IMG/VR virus record: IMGVR_UViG_3300020048_000003
DNA: 64,000 nucleotides
From: a virus
Strand: one strand, 5' to 3'
Shown here one piece after another: positions 27,759 through 38,417 of the stretch. The position numbers and the translations under genes are program-made. Position 1 is the first letter of the stretch. Every line of letters starts with the position of its first letter. The notes beneath the pieces were generated by a model. That model saw nothing but the letters and a program-made list of their open reading frames with translations, was not told where the DNA came from and searched no databases.

Positions 27759-28160
27759 TTTCATTTTTCTGTTAATTTTATTTATTTGTTTAATATAATA
27801 TTCTTTAGGTAAGAACATTCTATTTGTATCAAAATCATTACTTACCGTGTGAATTTTTTGTCCAGTTATTTCTTCAAATATTAAGCAAGGATCAAAAAAT
27901 GATATTCCATTTATAAAATCAACATGATGTATTCTTATGATTTGTTTAAATATTTCAGGATGATAATATTTAAGTTGTTGTATATCACAAGGTTTCATAA
28001 TTTCATGTATATCAACCACAAATGGATATACACGAATTATATATTTTTTATGTAAAGCAACATATTCTCTATAACTAATATCATAAAAATGATATTCTTT
28101 TAAATTTAAAAGAATATCATTTATTTCATTTGATTCTCTTATGTGCCAGGTGTTTAACAT
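27732..28160 (-). CDS. hypothetical protein, family A
   Basis: C-terminal tail RKMKLEQIKNIA. Confidence 0.45.
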   Translation of the reverse strand: MLNTWHIRESNEINDILLNLKEYHFYDISYREYVALHKKYIIRVYPFVVDIHEIMKPCDIQQLKYYHPEIFKQIIRIHHVDFINGISFFDPCLIFEEITGQKIHTVSNDFDTNRMFLPKEYYIKQINKINRKMKLEQIKNIA

Positions 28161-28366
28161 TTTTTTAGTTGTTCTAATTTTTGTTTCCTGATTTCTTTAG
28201 TATCTATGAATAAATTTTTACCATAAAACATGTCTAAACCTATATCATTTATCACCATAATTAATAAACTATCTTCATGTAAAACTTCGTACCATTTACC
28301 AATTGTAAGTGATGTGTGATATCTAGGATCATTTTCTTTATTTTTTATACATAATACTTTTTTCAT
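28154..28366 (-). CDS. small hypothetical protein, family A
   Basis: C-terminal tail RKQKLEQLKKC. Confidence 0.4.
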   Translation of the reverse strand: MKKVLCIKNKENDPRYHTSLTIGKWYEVLHEDSLLIMVINDIGLDMFYGKNLFIDTKEIRKQKLEQLKKC

Positions 28367-28638
28367 TCACTTAACTTATTAAGTTTCTGTAATTTGTATT
28401 TTCTTTTTACTAATTCTAATTTTGATTTAATATCAGGTGTTTCTGATGCAAAAAGAGTGTATTTTTTACCTTCACCTACATCATTCCAAGACACATATTC
28501 ATAGTCATGAAAGATTTGAAGATATTCTTTTATGTGATTATAGAGGATTTTATTCACAACAATATCATTTCGTGTCGTAGTATATACACGAAAAAAATGT
28601 AATCCTTGTTGTAATATGTCACCTTCTTTAATTTCCAT
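28363..28638 (-). CDS. small hypothetical protein, family A
   Basis: C-terminal tail KRKYKLQKLNKLSE. Confidence 0.4.
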   Translation of the reverse strand: MEIKEGDILQQGLHFFRVYTTTRNDIVVNKILYNHIKEYLQIFHDYEYVSWNDVGEGKKYTLFASETPDIKSKLELVKRKYKLQKLNKLSE

Positions 28639-29261
28639 TATTCTTTTTTATGATATGATTCAACAGTTTTAAAACTCCAAGAAGGGTCTGGTTTATATTC
28701 AGAATTTAAAAAATACTCATAAATAGGTTTCCAATCAATTTCCGGATCGAATCCTGATTTATCTTCAAATAAGACATTATAGTAAGGTTTCTTATCATAA
28801 CAACCAAATGTACCTTTTGCATCTGAAATTTCAGGGTTTTCATTTACATATTTGAAATGTATACCATCTTTTGCAAAAGTGTCCATATAAACTTTAATTT
28901 CATCAGGATATGATGATGTGAAAAGAATCATAATAATATCAGGACGATTTTTTGTAATAAACTGAAGAGTTTCTTTTACATATGGATAGTAACTTACTTC
29001 TTTTACATTTTTACGATAATCAGGACGAGAGATAACACCATGTACATCAAAAAGCCAATATGTTTCATACCATTGTCTTTTTTCAGCATGATCAAACATT
29101 TTTTCAATCCATTTTAGTAATGAAGGTTTATAGTTAGATAAAAATTCTTCAATAGGAACACCAGCAAACCCCATTTTTTCAATTTCAGCCCATTCAATCT
29201 GAAATTGTTCTGGAGTAATGTTACTTAAATGTTTACGGAGATTATCTAATAGTGTGTTCAT
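28638..29261 (-). CDS. hypothetical protein, possible HAD-like phosphatase
   Basis: Weak DxDG-like motif LFDVHGVI. Assignment tentative. Confidence 0.3.
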   Translation of the reverse strand: MNTLLDNLRKHLSNITPEQFQIEWAEIEKMGFAGVPIEEFLSNYKPSLLKWIEKMFDHAEKRQWYETYWLFDVHGVISRPDYRKNVKEVSYYPYVKETLQFITKNRPDIIMILFTSSYPDEIKVYMDTFAKDGIHFKYVNENPEISDAKGTFGCYDKKPYYNVLFEDKSGFDPEIDWKPIYEYFLNSEYKPDPSWSFKTVESYHKKE

Positions 29262-29438
29262 ATAGTTTCAATTGAAATTTTTGCTTTGATTCCGTGAGTT
29301 TTAGAATATTCATTTGCAATTTTGAAAACTTTATTAAAGACGATATCATACTCCTTTACAGTACAGGGAGCATCTAATGCTTCTGTTGTAATTATTAGAG
29401 ATTCAGTTTTAACTACAAATTTAAATTGTTTTTTCATA

Positions 29439-29882
29439 TTATTCGCCTTTTAAATTTAATTCACCAATTTTTAACATCCTAATTAAAAGTTTCACATCTT
29501 TATATTTAGCATATTTTTGATTTCTTTGTACCCTAAGAGATAAATTTTCAACTTCACCATAATTAGTTGATCCAGAGCATATTACCTTGAATTTTTTACC
29601 ATATGGTTTGGCTTTATCTTCTGTTGTTCTAGCAAAGGGATTAAAATTGTTCATAGGTGCAGAAACTGTACAATTTTTATACAGAGTATAATTTTGTCTT
29701 TTGAATTTCATTTGCCAAACAATAAAGAGTTCATCACCTTGTTCTTCACAGTTATTGACTAATTCTAAAAATTCGTTTAGAATTTTATCGGAAAGAATAA
29801 TTAATTCAAATCCTTTTTCGGATTGATTAGTCATTTTAACGAATTGCTTATCTTTGTGATAAAATTTTAAAAATCTCTTCAT
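29439..29882 (-). CDS. hypothetical protein
   Basis: ORF track. A class-1 promoter variant TGCAAAGTTAA lies upstream. Confidence 0.45.
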   Translation of the reverse strand: MKRFLKFYHKDKQFVKMTNQSEKGFELIILSDKILNEFLELVNNCEEQGDELFIVWQMKFKRQNYTLYKNCTVSAPMNNFNPFARTTEDKAKPYGKKFKVICSGSTNYGEVENLSLRVQRNQKYAKYKDVKLLIRMLKIGELNLKGE

Positions 29883-29951
29883 ATCTTATAATAGTTTTAA
29901 TTAAATGCAAAGTTAAAAAATTATTTAGAATAAAAAAATTATATATATGAA

Positions 29952-30287
29952 ATGAAACATTTACAAATTTATGAAAATTTCATAACTGATTTATTTAAAA
30001 AAAAACAAAAGAGTAAACTTCATCAGGCACTATATCCTGATAATAATAATTTTTTATCTGTAGTTAAAATTAAATATCAGATAGGAGAAATATTAAAAAG
30101 AGTAGAAGATGGAAGATTAGGAAAAGTTCTTGCACATGAGCCTGGTATAACTAATGATAATCAGTTAGAAATAGTATATATGATTAAATTTGGTAATGAA
30201 CTTAATGGATATTTTAAAAAGGATCTTGAAGTACCAACAGAAGAAGAAAAAGAATTTTTTGAAACTATAAACAAATATAATTTATGA
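29952..30287 (+). CDS. family B cassette protein (N-terminus MKHLQIYENF, C-terminus NKYNL)
   Basis: Conserved termini. The stop overlaps the next start as ATGA. Confidence 0.5.
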   Translation: MKHLQIYENFITDLFKKKQKSKLHQALYPDNNNFLSVVKIKYQIGEILKRVEDGRLGKVLAHEPGITNDNQLEIVYMIKFGNELNGYFKKDLEVPTEEEKEFFETINKYNL

Positions 30288-30892
30288 GACATTTACAAAT
30301 ATATGAAAATTTTTCAACTGATGAGATGCTTTTAGAAAGCAATAGGAATATATATCGTTCTATACAAGATAAAACTATTAAAAAATTAGCTTTAAATTTA
30401 TATTTTGTTGGTACATTTCAAATGGGAGTAACTATATTATATCCAATTGTTGAAGCACTTGTGAATAATTCTGATATACCACAAATAATAACACCTGAAC
30501 ATATTGTTTTAATGACAATATTTTCAATTGCTCAAATTTTAAATGTGAATACAGAAGATGTTAAGAAAATTAAAACAGAGTTGGAAAAAGATAATCTTGT
30601 GGAGGTTACAGAAAAGGTTAAAATATCATTACAATCTATATACAAAATATTTAGTTACGTGGCTAAGAGATTTAATAAAATAGTAGATGTTTTTACTGAT
30701 GTATTGGCATATGTAGCATTAGGTACGCCTTTTTATCTTGCGTTATTAGAAATGATATCTAAGGAAGGATTGAATTTAGATACATTACCTCAAAAAGTTC
30801 TTGTTTTTGGTACTGGTGTTGCAATTTTTGCATTTAAAAGTTTTGCTGAGGCAATTGTGAATATCATCAAAAATAAAATGAATAAAAATTAA
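30284..30892 (+). CDS. family B cassette protein with a membrane region (N-terminus MRHLQIYENF)
   Basis: Conserved N-terminus. Several hydrophobic helices. Confidence 0.5.
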   Translation: MRHLQIYENFSTDEMLLESNRNIYRSIQDKTIKKLALNLYFVGTFQMGVTILYPIVEALVNNSDIPQIITPEHIVLMTIFSIAQILNVNTEDVKKIKTELEKDNLVEVTEKVKISLQSIYKIFSYVAKRFNKIVDVFTDVLAYVALGTPFYLALLEMISKEGLNLDTLPQKVLVFGTGVAIFAFKSFAEAIVNIIKNKMNKN

Positions 30893-30939
30893 AAACATAT
30901 CTAAGTTTTTTTCATATATAAAGAAAAAATTAGATTTTT

Positions 30940-32133
30940 GTGGTTGTTCAGAGTGATTTAGAGTACTTATTACAGTTTGTTTCAAAAGATTTTCAATATT
31001 TAACTCAACAAGTAAAGATACCGTATAAAGGTATAAATTTGAAATGTAATTATCTTATTAATATAATACATGAACTTTTAATAAAGTACTATTTCAGTAA
31101 TAATACAGAACTAAAATTCAATTTATCATCCACTATTCTCAGAAAAAGATACGGTGAACATTATAATTATTATATAGAGTATTTATGTAATAATGGATTT
31201 ATGAGTTTAGTTTCTAAATATTATGTTGGTAAAAAAACTAATACTTATAAATTAGATTCTAAATATGTTTATGATGTAATAAGATGGAAAAATTGTGATA
31301 ATTTTTTATTGAAAAAAACAAAAGATAGATTTGAAACATCTATAACTGAACTTGGTGAAAGTTCTATATTGCCATCAATAAGAAAAAAATTAGTAACATC
31401 ACTAGGTAATATAGAAATTGATTATGATGGTGCATTTAAATATCTTAATGAATTGAAAAATAGTAATTTAATAGATGATTCAAAATATTATAAGAATTTA
31501 ATATCAATTGAAAATATAAATATTAATGTTAATAATATTTATTTTAATTTTGATGATTTTGGAAGATTTCACACCAATTTTACTATTCTAAAAAAGGAAA
31601 TTAGAAATAAATTTTTAACCATAAATAATGAAATGCTTGCTGAAGTTGATATTAAAAATTCGCAACCATTATTTTTTGCTGTTTATTTGAAAGAAGAGTT
31701 ATTTAATGAGATAAATGAAGATACAAAAAAATATTTTGATATAGTAAAATCAGGATTACTTTATGATGATATAATTGAAAATTCGGAATTAACAAATAGA
31801 AGTGAGGCTAAAGAAATGATGTATAAGGTTTTATTTGGTAATAATAAGTCAAATAAGAAAGAAAACGCTATTTTTAAAAAATTATATCCATCAGTATATG
31901 AGTATATTTGTGAATATAAGGATTTAAGAGATAATTATAAAGAATTGGCACATGATCTTCAACGAAAAGAGAGCAATTTTATATTTAATAATGTTATAAA
32001 AGAGATATTTGAAACTTATCCTGATGTAACATTATTTACGGTTCATGATTCAATAATATTTTCTAAATCTTATCAAGAAAGAATTGAAGTTATATTTAAT
32101 AAACATTTTCAAAATTTAATAAAAATTTTTTAA
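30940..32133 (+). CDS. hypothetical protein
   Basis: ORF track (397 aa; N/K-rich). Confidence 0.5.
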   Translation: MVVQSDLEYLLQFVSKDFQYLTQQVKIPYKGINLKCNYLINIIHELLIKYYFSNNTELKFNLSSTILRKRYGEHYNYYIEYLCNNGFMSLVSKYYVGKKTNTYKLDSKYVYDVIRWKNCDNFLLKKTKDRFETSITELGESSILPSIRKKLVTSLGNIEIDYDGAFKYLNELKNSNLIDDSKYYKNLISIENININVNNIYFNFDDFGRFHTNFTILKKEIRNKFLTINNEMLAEVDIKNSQPLFFAVYLKEELFNEINEDTKKYFDIVKSGLLYDDIIENSELTNRSEAKEMMYKVLFGNNKSNKKENAIFKKLYPSVYEYICEYKDLRDNYKELAHDLQRKESNFIFNNVIKEIFETYPDVTLFTVHDSIIFSKSYQERIEVIFNKHFQNLIKIF

Positions 32134-32143
32134 TATATAGAAT

Positions 32144-33088
32144 ATGAAATTTTTAAAAAGTTTTGAGGAAACTTTATATAAGAAGCATCGTCCGAGTGAA
32201 ATGTCAAGAGAAGAGTTACTAGGACATATTTTACACTTATATGGTTCTATTCCTTTATATAAACAAAAATCACAAACAGTCTTAAAAAAGATATTATATG
32301 GCAAATTTCCAGTATTTGGTGAAGATGTACATTTAGATCATAAGAATTCTCATGATAAAGTTAGATTTGTTGATTATTTTGATTCTTTATTAAATGCTAA
32401 AGAAGTTAGAGGACATAATTTTGAAGGATTTATTGCTGGATTATATGATGGTGAGTTATCTAAACCTGGTGAAAAATATGATATAACAATAGATGGTAAA
32501 ACATGGAGTTTAAAGTTTGTTGATAATCCATCAAAAGCACCAGAAATAGGTAGTTTCTTAGCGCCTATAATAGAAAATGGTTTACAAGCAACTGTTAAGG
32601 AGAAACAAGGATTAACAAAGATATTTCAGAGTAAAAATAATGATTTAAAAAAACAACTCTTTGATATAGTATCAAAAGGTATAACAGGTGGTTGGTTGAT
32701 TGCTTATCCTATGAAAACCAAAAAAGAATTTTATATACAAATTCATATTATAGATTTGGTTGATATGGAAAATTTATTAATGCAGGGTTATAGCACATCA
32801 CCAAAAGGTGGCTTAAAGTCTTTATATTCTCTTGCTTTAAGTGCAAGGTATAAAACTTTTGAAGATGTTAAAAATTATAAAATTATAATTCCTGAAATAT
32901 CAGATGATGAATTAAGAGAAATTTATATTTCTGATAATGAAGAAATTTGGGGTACAGAAGTTTTTGGTAAAAAAACATATAAAATAAGACCAGATGTTTT
33001 AAAGTATATTAAGAAAAATTCAAAAGATATTGGTAAAAAACTAATGGACTTTGAAGAACCTACAAAATTTGATGATCTACCATTTTAA
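32144..33088 (+). CDS. hypothetical protein
   Basis: ORF track (314 aa). Confidence 0.5.
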   Translation: MKFLKSFEETLYKKHRPSEMSREELLGHILHLYGSIPLYKQKSQTVLKKILYGKFPVFGEDVHLDHKNSHDKVRFVDYFDSLLNAKEVRGHNFEGFIAGLYDGELSKPGEKYDITIDGKTWSLKFVDNPSKAPEIGSFLAPIIENGLQATVKEKQGLTKIFQSKNNDLKKQLFDIVSKGITGGWLIAYPMKTKKEFYIQIHIIDLVDMENLLMQGYSTSPKGGLKSLYSLALSARYKTFEDVKNYKIIIPEISDDELREIYISDNEEIWGTEVFGKKTYKIRPDVLKYIKKNSKDIGKKLMDFEEPTKFDDLPF

Positions 33089-33684
33089 TCTTCAAATGTA
33101 TTTTTTAATCTCTCCAATTTAAATTTTCTTAGAGCAACTTTTACTTTATATCTTTGAAAGAAATCAGTTTCAAAGTTATCTTTTGCATTGACAAATGCTT
33201 GTTCTATTATATTACCATCTTTATCAATAATTTGATAAGATTCTTCTACTTTTATGTGTGATTTTCCTCTTATTATTTCTTCTTTTATTCCAAAGGTGTT
33301 TATTTTAGGACCAGGTTCATCTTCTGTGAAAAACACCCCAGCAAAATAATTCATGTTGTTAGACTTGAACATACCATTTATTATATTTCCATATTCAAAT
33401 GTTATTGAAAATGGTTTAGGTTGTATAACTTTTTTATATGCAGAAAAGAAAATTTCAAAATTTGGTTGATAATTATAAGTGCAATATACAGTTTCATCAA
33501 TGTCTAAATCATTGAATTTTATATATTTTAAATCAAATCCAATATCATCAAATTTTTTAAGTAAAATTCCATAATTGATACTAGAAAATTGATATTTTAT
33601 TTTTTTTGAAATTAAAAAACTGTAATCAAATTTAATTTCTGATCCATAATAATGAAATTGTATATGTATAGTATCGTGATACAT
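33085..33684 (-). CDS. hypothetical protein
   Basis: ORF track. Confidence 0.45.
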   Translation of the reverse strand: MYHDTIHIQFHYYGSEIKFDYSFLISKKIKYQFSSINYGILLKKFDDIGFDLKYIKFNDLDIDETVYCTYNYQPNFEIFFSAYKKVIQPKPFSITFEYGNIINGMFKSNNMNYFAGVFFTEDEPGPKINTFGIKEEIIRGKSHIKVEESYQIIDKDGNIIEQAFVNAKDNFETDFFQRYKVKVALRKFKLERLKNTFED

Positions 33685-34031
33685 TATTTAGACATTTGTA
33701 CTAATGCGTTATCAATAAGTCTTTTGGATGCTTTGCTCCATTCAACAAAAAAGTTATTCTTTTCAAATTCTTTAACTGTAGTCATAAGATTTTCATCTTC
33801 AGGAATACGAATATAATCCTCTATAATAGAATCGCTTTTAATTTTTTCGTATTTCTTCATATCTTCAGTATATTTATTCTTTAATTCTGAATAAATATCA
33901 AGAACACCATCTATATCCGAATTTGGATTGATTTTTTGAACTTCTTCAAAAACTGGTTCGGAAGGTTTTGGTGCTACTCTACGATTAAAGTAGAGTACTA
34001 ATTCAAATTTTTCGGTATAGTTATAGTCCAT
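33684..34031 (-). CDS. hypothetical protein
   Basis: ORF track. A class-1 promoter lies at 34053-34066. Confidence 0.45.
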   Translation of the reverse strand: MDYNYTEKFELVLYFNRRVAPKPSEPVFEEVQKINPNSDIDGVLDIYSELKNKYTEDMKKYEKIKSDSIIEDYIRIPEDENLMTTVKEFEKNNFFVEWSKASKRLIDNALVQMSK

Positions 34032-34085
34032 ATTTTTACTTTTATTTGTTAATGCAAAAGTACGGAAAATTATCGGATTAAAAAA

Positions 34086-34409
34086 TTATAAATTATATTT
34101 ATTTGCTTCCATTTCTATATCTAATTGTTCTAGATATTCTTCTGGTAGAAATACTTCAAATCTGATTGCCTTGTTGTCTAGTAAAAATTTATACTCAAAA
34201 TCATTAAAATCATGATAAAATTTTTGAATATTCTTTTTTTCTAAAATTCGTGCATATTTAATAACAATATTGAGCATACCTTGATTTTCATAAAATAAAA
34301 CATTATCTGCTTCATATTTTTTCAATATATAATGATAATATTTAACGTATTTTTTGTTAAATAACTTATATTCAATGCTTAATGCTTCAAATTGTTTAAC
34401 GTGTTTCAT
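34086..34409 (-). CDS. family B cassette protein (MKHVKQFEAL ... ANKYNL)
   Basis: Conserved termini. Confidence 0.5.
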   Translation of the reverse strand: MKHVKQFEALSIEYKLFNKKYVKYYHYILKKYEADNVLFYENQGMLNIVIKYARILEKKNIQKFYHDFNDFEYKFLLDNKAIRFEVFLPEEYLEQLDIEMEANKYNL

Positions 34410-35205
34410 TTTCTAATATCATTTTTAAATGTGTTGGTAGTTCTAAATCTATATCAAAATCTCTTTTTATTCTTTCCTTCATGTATGTGAAAGTGTAATG
34501 TTTATAATATAATTTTGACCAATTTGAAGGTATTTTTTTATTTAATTCTTCTATTGTTATTGGTAAATAATTTTCATGTAATTCTCTTGACCAATTTTCA
34601 ACATAAGGATATTTTAATAACCAATGTAAAAGAGTTCTATAATTATCAATAGGACCCCAATATTGTTCAAATTCTTTTAATTGTTTAGGATCAGCTTTAT
34701 CTCTTATTATTTTAGTGAAAACTGGACTAAATTTCATGTGTTTTAATGATGGAATCATATCCCTTACTATAATATACTTGAATGTATCAATAAATACTTG
34801 ATCATTCCAAAATTCTCTAATACTTTTTGATGTGCCATATGAATAAACTTCATGAATAACTGATGATAAATATAATGCTGGTGTTTCATATTTATCTGTT
34901 TCTTCTTTTACTAATTCCCAATCATTTGTGAATAAAATATCAGACTTTTCATTCTTCAAAATATTTATCATTCTATCGTCTAAATCATAACCTATTAATT
35001 TTATATCAGGATTTATTTCGTGTATCTTTTTGAGTATGAAACCATTAGCACAACCAAAATCTACAATACAATCTGGTTGAATTTTATTTAGAAAAAACAA
35101 TTTTGATCCTAATCCTTTTTCCATTCTAGATAAATATAAATCTAAATTTGGAATAGGTTGAGCATCAATACTTTCAGTTACTATAAAGTCATTATAAGAT
35201 TTCAT
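34396..35205 (-). CDS. class I SAM-dependent methyltransferase
   Basis: Motif I IVDFGCANGF. Confidence 0.5.
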   Translation of the reverse strand: MKSYNDFIVTESIDAQPIPNLDLYLSRMEKGLGSKLFFLNKIQPDCIVDFGCANGFILKKIHEINPDIKLIGYDLDDRMINILKNEKSDILFTNDWELVKEETDKYETPALYLSSVIHEVYSYGTSKSIREFWNDQVFIDTFKYIIVRDMIPSLKHMKFSPVFTKIIRDKADPKQLKEFEQYWGPIDNYRTLLHWLLKYPYVENWSRELHENYLPITIEELNKKIPSNWSKLYYKHYTFTYMKERIKRDFDIDLELPTHLKMILENETR

Positions 35206-35561
35206 AAATTATATTTTTTTGCATTTCTTCTTAGTTCAATCCATTCGTAAAGTTTAACTGATTCATTAAATTCCATATGAATATAAGAAATTCTATCATA
35301 TGTTGTATCGTGTTCGTCAACAATCTCATCATAAAATTCTACCATTGAATCTATATCATCATATTCATCTAATTGTTCTAATATAGAATCATATCCTTCT
35401 TTTTTACATGCAAAATAAACTTTATTTGCTATAAAATTAAAAGCATCAGTATAATTATCAAATAACCATCTATAATTACTATATCCATCACCAATTCTCT
35501 CAAACGAATAGATATGAGGTTTTTCAGATTCTAGATTTTCGTTAAATTTTATAATTTTCAT
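35202..35561 (-). CDS. family B cassette protein (MKIIKFNENL ... AKKYNL)
   Basis: Conserved termini. Confidence 0.45.
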   Translation of the reverse strand: MKIIKFNENLESEKPHIYSFERIGDGYSNYRWLFDNYTDAFNFIANKVYFACKKEGYDSILEQLDEYDDIDSMVEFYDEIVDEHDTTYDRISYIHMEFNESVKLYEWIELRRNAKKYNL

Positions 35562-35914
35562 AAATTGTATTTTTTTGCTACTTTATTAAGTTCTTTATCT
35601 TCTATCCATTTTTTATATTCTCCTGGTGATCTCCACATTGGAGCATAATTTTTTTGACCACAATTATCACATATCCATTCTGGTGGTTGCATTCCACCTT
35701 TTGGTATTGGTGTTAATTTATAACTATCACATTTAGTACAAATATAATATCTATCACCAAATACGGTGTCATATAGATAAGGATTAAAATTATCTTCAGG
35801 TTGTTCTTGTTTAGTTAAATAATTTCCTTTCGCATTATACAATTCACCTGTACTCCAATTCTTTTTAAATTTAGGTTTCTTTTTGAAGAACTCATAGATT
35901 TTTACGTGTTTCAT
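35558..35914 (-). CDS. family B cassette protein with a zinc ribbon (MKHVKIYEFF ... AKKYNL)
   Basis: CTKCDS...CDNCGQ. Confidence 0.5.
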   Translation of the reverse strand: MKHVKIYEFFKKKPKFKKNWSTGELYNAKGNYLTKQEQPEDNFNPYLYDTVFGDRYYICTKCDSYKLTPIPKGGMQPPEWICDNCGQKNYAPMWRSPGEYKKWIEDKELNKVAKKYNL

Positions 35915-36291
35915 TATAAGTTATATTTATTTGCGATTCGTCTAGTAGGATCAGTATCTTCTATATCTTGATTTAAATTTGAATTTTTTTCTATTTCTTC
36001 TTGTTTTTTAGCAATACTTTTCAATTCTTTCCAATATTTTTTAGAAAATTCATAACGAGTAATTGTATCTCCTTGTGATACAGATACAAAATATTGATTA
36101 GAAATTGCATTATCATTATAAAAACAAAAATACCTTTTATTATCTATTTTAAATCTATATCCAATTTCGTCTTCAATTTCAATTTGTATATTTTCATCTT
36201 TTAAAATTTCTATAATGTTTGACATTATTGGATCACCTATTTTTGGTTTATCTAAACCAAACAATTCGTTAATTTGGAGTATGTGTTTCAT
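35914..36291 (-). CDS. family B cassette protein (MKHILQINELF ... ANKYNL)
   Basis: Conserved termini. Confidence 0.5.
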   Translation of the reverse strand: MKHILQINELFGLDKPKIGDPIMSNIIEILKDENIQIEIEDEIGYRFKIDNKRYFCFYNDNAISNQYFVSVSQGDTITRYEFSKKYWKELKSIAKKQEEIEKNSNLNQDIEDTDPTRRIANKYNL

Positions 36292-36294
36292 ATT

Positions 36295-36735
36295 TTATAA
36301 ATTATATTTTTTGATATCCTCTCTTCTTTGAATAACTTCTCTTGTTATTCTTTTACCTTCATCATCAACACCTCTTTTTTTATACTTATTAATAAGTTCT
36401 ACAATCCAAGGTTCTAAACTTCTACCACCATTACCTTCAACTTCACTTCTAAGTTCTTTTGGTAACCAAATATGATATAGTTTAGTATCTTGTTGAAATC
36501 TTGATCTCATTTCTAACATGGTCATAGCAGCTACACTATTTGAGTCTGCTTGTATTCTTACCATATTTTCAATATCCAATCCTTTTTTAAATAATTTTTT
36601 TACTGGAATAAAGGTTTCAGATGCAAGAAAGATGTAAAAATCATGATCTTCACTTAATGGATTTTCTGTTAATAAATCTCCTAAAAGTTCTATTTTTTCT
36701 TCTGTTTTTGATTCAAATGTTTTTAAATGTTTCAT
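36295..36735 (-). CDS. family B cassette protein (MKHLKTFESK ... KKYNL)
   Basis: Conserved termini. Confidence 0.5.
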   Translation of the reverse strand: MKHLKTFESKTEEKIELLGDLLTENPLSEDHDFYIFLASETFIPVKKLFKKGLDIENMVRIQADSNSVAAMTMLEMRSRFQQDTKLYHIWLPKELRSEVEGNGGRSLEPWIVELINKYKKRGVDDEGKRITREVIQRREDIKKYNL

Positions 36736-37262
36736 TATAAGTTATATTTTTCTGATTCTAGAAAGAATTCAAATTCACTTTTTGTTAAATATTTTATAAA
36801 GTTTTTTATTTCTTCTATCGTATTAATTTTATAAAAATTTACTCCATTTTTAAATTCTTCTGATGTTATTTTTTGAAAATTGTTTGCTTTTTCACATACA
36901 TATACTAAAAAATCTGCAATATTTTTTTCTATTTCTGATATTTTTATTGGATAAATATTATCTTTTATAAAAATTTTTAATAATATTTTATTATCATTTG
37001 TTTTTAGAAAATCAATGGTATTTAACTTTAACATTATATAATATAAACTTTTTCCATCAAGTGGATTATCTTTCATCTTAACGGTCATATTATTTACAGA
37101 AAAATTAAAATCTTTACCTTTTGGCTTTTTTAATTTTGCAAATAATTCTAATTCATCAAGAAAACTTTTTGTTGAATTTACTAATAATTCAACATTTTTT
37201 TTACTTGTTACTGAATCTTTATTAAAAAAATCAAAAAATTCAAATGTTTTTAAATATTTCAT
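36735..37262 (-). CDS. family B cassette protein (MKYLKTFEFF ... SEKYNL)
   Basis: Conserved termini. Confidence 0.5.
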   Translation of the reverse strand: MKYLKTFEFFDFFNKDSVTSKKNVELLVNSTKSFLDELELFAKLKKPKGKDFNFSVNNMTVKMKDNPLDGKSLYYIMLKLNTIDFLKTNDNKILLKIFIKDNIYPIKISEIEKNIADFLVYVCEKANNFQKITSEEFKNGVNFYKINTIEEIKNFIKYLTKSEFEFFLESEKYNL

Positions 37263-37798
37263 AAATTGTATGATTTTATATCTTTTAAGAAGTTAATTGC
37301 TTCTTCAAGTTCTGTTAATTCGCTATTATATATTTTTATTTTTTCATTTTTATTATCATGTATATTTAATAGAATATATTCATCTTGTCCATAAGTATTA
37401 TCTGGTACATGTGATTGTGGTAATCCCATTACGTTATAGAAACTTGCCGAAAAAATAAAATTTAACTCATAATGAAATTTCATATGTAAAAATGCACTTT
37501 TTACTTTGCCAATATAAGAAGAATATCCCCACTTATCTTTTTTCATATTCCATTCAATATATTTACCTTCAATAAGAGGCTTAAATGCTTTATCTCTAAA
37601 TTCTTCTGCTATCATACCTTTTTTACCCCAAGCATTTATATCTTTTGAATCTTTAAATGTTATCATCTTCTTTTCTATAATTTGATCTCTATACGTATTG
37701 TAATCTTTCCATAGCATACTTAAATCAACTTCTCTAAAACTTTCATTTTCAAGAAACTCTCTAATAGTTTGATTTTCATATGGTTTAATATATCTCAT
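37259..37798 (-). CDS. family B cassette protein (MRYIKPYENQ ... KSYNL)
   Basis: Conserved termini. Confidence 0.5.
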   Translation of the reverse strand: MRYIKPYENQTIREFLENESFREVDLSMLWKDYNTYRDQIIEKKMITFKDSKDINAWGKKGMIAEEFRDKAFKPLIEGKYIEWNMKKDKWGYSSYIGKVKSAFLHMKFHYELNFIFSASFYNVMGLPQSHVPDNTYGQDEYILLNIHDNKNEKIKIYNSELTELEEAINFLKDIKSYNL

Positions 37799-38082
37799 AA
37801 GTTATATTTATCTGCTTCCATTTCATAGTCTGGTACTAATCTCATTTCATATGCTGTTTTCCATCCACCACCAGTTTTTTGTACACCACCTCTATTATTT
37901 ATATCTTCACAAAAATAAGAATTATCTCTAAATCCACTCAATGTTACAATAAAAAAAGTATTTAATTCTTCACCTCTTTTATCCAAAACTTTTACAATAT
38001 CACCATTTTTAAATTTTTTAGTAGCATTAATAACAGTATAAGATGCATCAGTTTTTGTTTCGTATGTTTTAATATGTTTCAT
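37795..38082 (-). CDS. family B cassette protein (MKHIKTYETK ... ADKYNL)
   Basis: Conserved termini. Confidence 0.5.
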   Translation of the reverse strand: MKHIKTYETKTDASYTVINATKKFKNGDIVKVLDKRGEELNTFFIVTLSGFRDNSYFCEDINNRGGVQKTGGGWKTAYEMRLVPDYEMEADKYNL

Positions 38083-38417
38083 AAGTTATACCTATTTGCT
38101 ATTATTTTTAAACCTAATTCGGAATTCTCTATTTCTTCTGGTGTTAGTTTTCTAACAAAATATATTTCTTCAAATTTACAATCATCAATTTGAATTTTTT
38201 GAACACCTAAAATAGTTTCAATCATAACATCGTAATAAATATTATAACCTTTTTGTTTTTTTCTTTTTTCACCTAATTTTAATATCCATTTAATATAACA
38301 ATCAATTTCATTATCGTGCATCATTAGTTTTACTAAATCACCAACACGTACAAAGTCATTATTTTCACATAAAATTTCATAATTATCAAACATTTCAAAC
38401 TTTTTTATATACTTCAT
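38079..38417 (-). CDS. family B cassette protein (MKYIKKFEMF ... ANRYNL)
   Basis: Conserved termini, with codon-level variation (AGG TAT AAC TTA). Confidence 0.5.
   Translation of the reverse strand: MKYIKKFEMFDNYEILCENNDFVRVGDLVKLMMHDNEIDCYIKWILKLGEKRKKQKGYNIYYDVMIETILGVQKIQIDDCKFEEIYFVRKLTPEEIENSELGLKIIANRYNL

Noticed and set aside
28638-29261. Possible polynucleotide kinase/phosphatase (HAD DxDGT) assignment for 28638..29261
   Set aside because: Only a weak FDVHG match. The HAD motifs II-IV could not be identified by eye. It is kept as hypothetical with low confidence.
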